DNA of 64,000 nucleotides, from positions 1 through 64,000 of the forward strand of contig CAWHVC010000001.1 in NCBI GenBank assembly GCA_963832745.1. The letters are read 5' to 3'. Below, piece after piece: positions 60,003-64,000 of the stretch. The notes under the pieces were generated by a model that had not been told where the DNA came from, did not search any database, and saw nothing but the letters and a program-made list of their open reading frames with translations. Each line of letters opens with the position of its first letter. The first letter of the stretch is position 1. A program made the translations under genes and the position numbers. Source of the stretch: Candidatus Bathyarchaeota archaeon (GTDB taxonomy: Archaea > Thermoproteota > Bathyarchaeia > Bathyarchaeales > Bathycorpusculaceae).

Positions 60003-60848
60003 TTATCCTCGTTCCAATGATTCAGCAAGGTGAATACTGTTTTGAATCTTTGGCATACCTAAAAACATTCTTGACAAAGAAAAATCTTTTTGAAATCCCG
60101 CGTCCAATAAAAATTCTTGAATGCCTTTTTGGTTTTGGTTATGAGGCAAATAAAGTGCAACACGTTTGCTCTCTAACCCGGTAAGCACCGTTTTTAGAAG
60201 GTCAAGCGCTACCCTTGGCTTGTCTTGGCTGCAAACAAGTGGTCCAACCTCCGCCATGTTCTCATACGTTTTAGATAAAATGTATCCTTCAACTTCTTTG
60301 CCGTCCATTGAAGCATAACAGAGATTATTTTTTTCTTGCATTATACTTTTTAGCAATCGTGACCTGTCAGCGCCGAAGAATTCGCTGTCAAAACGGTTTA
60401 TCGCCGAAAAATCTGGTTGTGTTTCAAGCTTGGGTAGTTTCCAATTGCCTGCTTGGACTTTGTTGTTATGCATGACGGTTAGGTCTATATCGGGTTTGAA
60501 GCCTGATTTGCCGTAGAACTCTTTAAGATGTTGATAAGCGTATAACCCGATGGTTTCTACACCATTATCTTTTAGGTAGTTTATGGCGTGCTCAAGAATC
60601 AGGTGTCCTGCGCCATGCTTTCGTTGCTCTTTTTTAACAATTAGGTTTCCAAACCAGCCTACCCTGCCGAAACTTATGCAGGTCGCTATCCCCACCGGCT
60701 CTAAGTCATTAAACAGTACCAGACAGCCTTCAGGTTCAAGGGTTTGATTAAACCTGAAATCCGCTATCTCCATGCCCCAGTCCATAGTGTTAGCTAAATC
60801 AACTGCAAAACCGTAATCCTTAGCAGTCATAACTTTAACTTGAAGCAT
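60003..60848 (-). CDS. Tandem-domain GNAT acetyltransferase (YitH-like)
   Basis: GWFGNLIV..QRKHGAG, FYGKSGF, FGADRSRLL, VGPLV. Confidence 0.85.
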   Translation of the reverse strand: MLQVKVMTAKDYGFAVDLANTMDWGMEIADFRFNQTLEPEGCLVLFNDLEPVGIATCISFGRVGWFGNLIVKKEQRKHGAGHLILEHAINYLKDNGVETIGLYAYQHLKEFYGKSGFKPDIDLTVMHNNKVQAGNWKLPKLETQPDFSAINRFDSEFFGADRSRLLKSIMQEKNNLCYASMDGKEVEGYILSKTYENMAEVGPLVCSQDKPRVALDLLKTVLTGLESKRVALYLPHNQNQKGIQEFLLDAGFQKDFSLSRMFLGMPKIQNSIHLAESLERG

Positions 60849-60952
60849 AATTAGTTAATGCGGTTTTGAGCAATTAAGGTTATAGAAACGGCTTTATGTT
60901 CGGAATTTAATAGATTCATAGTTTTATAGCGTCGTTTTTTGAAGGTTGCAAA

Positions 60953-61738
60953 ATGACTTTTAATGCTTTTTTTAGTAGCTTCAAAGTTAGAGTTGTTTTT
61001 CTTATTTCGGTTTGGATTCTGCTTTTCGTTTTTTCCATGTCAATGTTGCCTCTGCTTTTAAACTCGTACGCGGATAATGAGCAGGTTCAAAGCGTAGTCA
61101 GTTTGACATGGTCTGGGTATGTTGTTGCCTCCGATTTTTCGTCTCCTCAGCCTGAACTTATCGGTGTAAACGCTTCTTGGATTGTGCCTTCTGTTGCTGT
61201 TTCGTTGGGGAACACGTATTCGTCAGCGTGGATTGGCATAGGTGGACAGTTTGATACTTCGCTGATTCAAATCGGAACCGAACATGACTCGGTTAATGGT
61301 CAAGAAAGAATTACTGCATGGTATGAACTGTTGCCGAATTATGCCATAAATATTCCAATGAGCGTTTCAGAAGGTGACTTAATTTCTGCTTCTATAAACT
61401 TGATAAATAATGAAACTAACTTGTGGCTTTTACAGTTAACCGACTTGACAACCGGCGAAAGCTTCAACAAAAACGTAAATTACAATTCAACCCGCCTTTC
61501 AGCTGAATGGATAGTTGAACGACCAACCCTGAATGGTCAAATTAGTTACCTGTCAAATTTTGGCGACATAGCCTTCAAAGAAGCATATGTTAACATTAAC
61601 CAAACAATTGTTTCAATAGGCGACGCCCCGTTTTCTCAAATACACTTAACTGACCATCAAAATACTCAGTTAACAACTGTTTCCCAAATTAACCCTGATG
61701 GCAAAAGCTTCACTGTGCAATACATCGCTGGTGGTTAA
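60953..61738 (+). CDS. G1-family glutamic peptidase, membrane-anchored
   Basis: WSGY, WIGIGG, LIQIGTE (catalytic Q), AWYE, SAEWIVERP (catalytic E). Confidence 0.88.
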   Translation: MTFNAFFSSFKVRVVFLISVWILLFVFSMSMLPLLLNSYADNEQVQSVVSLTWSGYVVASDFSSPQPELIGVNASWIVPSVAVSLGNTYSSAWIGIGGQFDTSLIQIGTEHDSVNGQERITAWYELLPNYAINIPMSVSEGDLISASINLINNETNLWLLQLTDLTTGESFNKNVNYNSTRLSAEWIVERPTLNGQISYLSNFGDIAFKEAYVNINQTIVSIGDAPFSQIHLTDHQNTQLTTVSQINPDGKSFTVQYIAGG

Positions 61739-62799
61739 CGGTTTTTAGCTTCCTCATACAGGTTGCTTATGCATTCACTTGTTACAACGCCAACAATTTT
61801 AGCTGGTTCTGTGGGGTTGATTACTGGAATTAAATCGATTTTTTCCCTATTCATTATTTTGTTTGCTTCCAAAACTGGGTCGTTTGGCGAAACAAGTATG
61901 CTTTTCAACGGCATTTGTTCAACACGCAAAATGGTTCTTTGTTCAGGCTTAATCTTCATAAGCTCACTCCAATTAACAACTCCTTGAAAGGCGCCGTCTT
62001 TTTCAACTAAAGCGTCATGATAACGGTTTTTAAACATGACTTCCAACGTTTCAGCGATGCTTTGCTGAGGGTTTACAGTGCCAATATCAGTTCGCATGAC
62101 GTCTTTCACTCTGATTCCGGCAAGTTTTGTGGAAATGATGGTTTGTTCACCTTCTTCGCTGGCTCCAATGTAAACAAAAATGCCAACTAAAATTAGCAGG
62201 AAATAGGCTGGAAAAATAAATCCTGCGATAATCATTACGATTCCCAAGATTCTGCCTACATACACTGCGTACCTTGTTGCGTCTGCATATTTTACGTGTT
62301 CAGCTAGCAACGCTCGGAAGACTCTGCCGCCGTCCATTGGAAAAGCTGGAATCAAATTAAAAACGCCAAGAAGTATGTTAAGCGTGGCTAAGTCTATTAC
62401 AAAGTTTCCAGTGATAGTTGAAGCTGATATACTGCTGATTAGACCCGGAGAAATTAGTATGCCTATCCCGAGTAGTGCTGCCCCTAAGATTAGGCTTGTA
62501 AGGGGTCCTGCAACTGCCATGCGCCATTCTTGGGATGGATTGTCCGGGATTTCTTCTATTTCGGATACTCCGCCGATTGGGTAAAGAATGATTTTTCGAA
62601 CTTTTATGCCGTAATGTCTTGCTACTACGGAGTGGGCAAGTTCATGAAAAACCACGAAAACGAAGAGAAACAGGACTAAAAAGAATGGATAAAACATTGG
62701 GTATGAAAGAATGAAAACCGCTGCAATTAGAAGTATAAACGTGAGGTGTAGTTCAATGGGAATCCCCCAAGCTGAACCAATCTTAAAAGAATACTTCAT
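61735..62799 (-). CDS. M50 site-2 protease with CBS pair
   Basis: FHELAH, PIGGV, AGP, FNLIPAFPMDGGR, two CBS domains. Confidence 0.93.
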   Translation of the reverse strand: MKYSFKIGSAWGIPIELHLTFILLIAAVFILSYPMFYPFFLVLFLFVFVVFHELAHSVVARHYGIKVRKIILYPIGGVSEIEEIPDNPSQEWRMAVAGPLTSLILGAALLGIGILISPGLISSISASTITGNFVIDLATLNILLGVFNLIPAFPMDGGRVFRALLAEHVKYADATRYAVYVGRILGIVMIIAGFIFPAYFLLILVGIFVYIGASEEGEQTIISTKLAGIRVKDVMRTDIGTVNPQQSIAETLEVMFKNRYHDALVEKDGAFQGVVNWSELMKIKPEQRTILRVEQMPLKSILVSPNDPVLEANKIMNREKIDLIPVINPTEPAKIVGVVTSECISNLYEEAKNR

Positions 62800-62899
62800 A
62801 CGGTAAAATGGCTATAGAGGGTTTTTATAATTTCCTATTAAGCGTCAACTGGTCTGCAATATAGATAATAATGGCTTTTATCAAAATATTTTTGAGGTA

Positions 62900-63274
62900 T
62901 TGCACTTGTCGGAACGCGTTTACGATAAGCCTGTCGTATGCATTTTCAAGGAACGTGACGTGAATCCTGAAGTTGACCCTTTTGTGGTTGTTAAAGCAAG
63001 AAAAATGACTTTAAATCAAACAAGAGATTCCAAATACGACTGTTGCATGCAAGATTTCTTCACGCTCATGGGCGACGCGGATTATCTTTCCTCCAAAGAA
63101 GGTGCAGGCGACCATTTTGTGATGTGCTGGTTTGATGATACCCAGCCGGACATGACCCATGATTTACGGCGTTTAAGAGGTGTCACACTTAAAGGCGAAG
63201 CAAAACTGTCGTACACGGAAAGCGGCAAAAGAACCTATAATGCTGAGTTTGAGGCCAAGCAAGCAAGACTCTAA
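62900..63274 (+). CDS. Hypothetical protein, tandem paralog A
   Basis: Shares PFVVVKARK, QDFF.LMGD.DYL, CWFDDT and GKRTYNA with the next gene; GAGGT RBS. Confidence 0.8.
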   Translation: MHLSERVYDKPVVCIFKERDVNPEVDPFVVVKARKMTLNQTRDSKYDCCMQDFFTLMGDADYLSSKEGAGDHFVMCWFDDTQPDMTHDLRRLRGVTLKGEAKLSYTESGKRTYNAEFEAKQARL

Positions 63275-63350
63275 TCCGATTTAGTTTAAAAACTGCTTTG
63301 TTGGGAATGTTATTATTTGCCGGTTGAGTACTGTTTTTGAGGTAACTTGA

Positions 63351-63719
63351 TTGACGGAGCTTATTTGGAACAAACCAGTGATATCTATTTTCAAGGAGAG
63401 AAGCGCAAATCCTGAGGTTGAACCTTTTGTTGTTGTTAAAGCACGAAAACTTGTAGTTTATCAAACTGGTGAATCGTTTTCTGGGTCGATTCAGGATTTC
63501 TTTAGGCTTATGGGCGATGTTGATTACCTTAATTCAACCGAAGGCGCAAATGACCATTATGTACTCTGCTGGTTTGATGACACAATCCCTGAAATGACTG
63601 GCGATTTTAGAAAATTATCAGGCACACTTTTCAATGGCACTGTAAAGCTTGAAATAAGCGAAAACGGCAAAAGAACATACAATGCAACATTCACTGCCAA
63701 ACGTGCCAAACTTAAATAA
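63351..63719 (+). CDS. Hypothetical protein, tandem paralog B
   Basis: Same motifs as 62900-63274; GAGGT RBS. Confidence 0.8.
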   Translation: MTELIWNKPVISIFKERSANPEVEPFVVVKARKLVVYQTGESFSGSIQDFFRLMGDVDYLNSTEGANDHYVLCWFDDTIPEMTGDFRKLSGTLFNGTVKLEISENGKRTYNATFTAKRAKLK

Positions 63720-63906
63720 CAAATTAAGTAAGCAGCAGTACAGGCTTGTTAAACCCGTTTTTTCATGGACAAGCTACCTGTTTTTTGTCTCTTTAAACAG
63801 CCTCATAATGAAAATATGACGTTTTATAGATGAAATTTGCGTTTTTTATGAACTTACTCTTAAATATAACTGAACAATTTGCATATGGTACTGGTTGGAG
63901 GAGACC

Positions 63907-64000
63907 ATGGTAGAGCAAAAGTTACGTGTAACTTTAATTACCGGCAGAACAATCGATCAAGGCGTAGGCAAAGAATTGGGTAAAGGCTCCAAAGAATACT
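63907..64000 (+). CDS. fwdD: Formylmethanofuran dehydrogenase subunit D-like protein (3' truncated by window edge)
   Basis: GGAGG RBS; MVEQKLRVTLITGRTIDQGVGKELGKGSKEY matches the FwdD N-terminal LITGRT..QG motif. Confidence 0.75.
   Translation, partial: MVEQKLRVTLITGRTIDQGVGKELGKGSKEY

Noticed and set aside
26533-62584. Many 60-160-aa ORFs antisense to or nested in well-supported genes
   Set aside because: Shadow ORFs of real coding sequences with no independent motifs or start signals.

Overview
Chromosomal window from an archaeon, most likely Bathyarchaeia (inferred from archaeal DnaG, PolB3-like polymerase, pelota, uS12/uS7, the start of fwdD and many Thr/Pro-linker, C-terminally anchored surface proteins). 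The first ~11.5 kb is accessory and partly decayed: a frameshifted ParB/Srx-ABC ATPase-GNAT cassette, a tRNA-Ala-like 3' remnant, AT-rich spacers and an isolated GH13 branching enzyme. The rest holds surface proteins, an arsenic cluster (arsR, ferredoxin, arsM, AbrB-like regulator), proBA, a K+-independent H+-PPase, two histidine kinases, a reductase-adenylation fusion enzyme and housekeeping genes. No CRISPR array, rRNA or intact tRNA was seen. Strongest unexplained signals: (1) a 49-bp palindromic non-coding element present twice (22009-22057 and 45861-45909, 41/49 identical), one copy upstream of an orphan ParB-like gene, i.e. a candidate parS-like site; (2) two unrelated genes, one of them dnaG, that appear to start at ACG within a near-identical 19-nt context; (3) a PolB with intact polymerase motifs but all three exonuclease motifs degenerate. 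All calls come from reading the sequence by eye; no searches were run.
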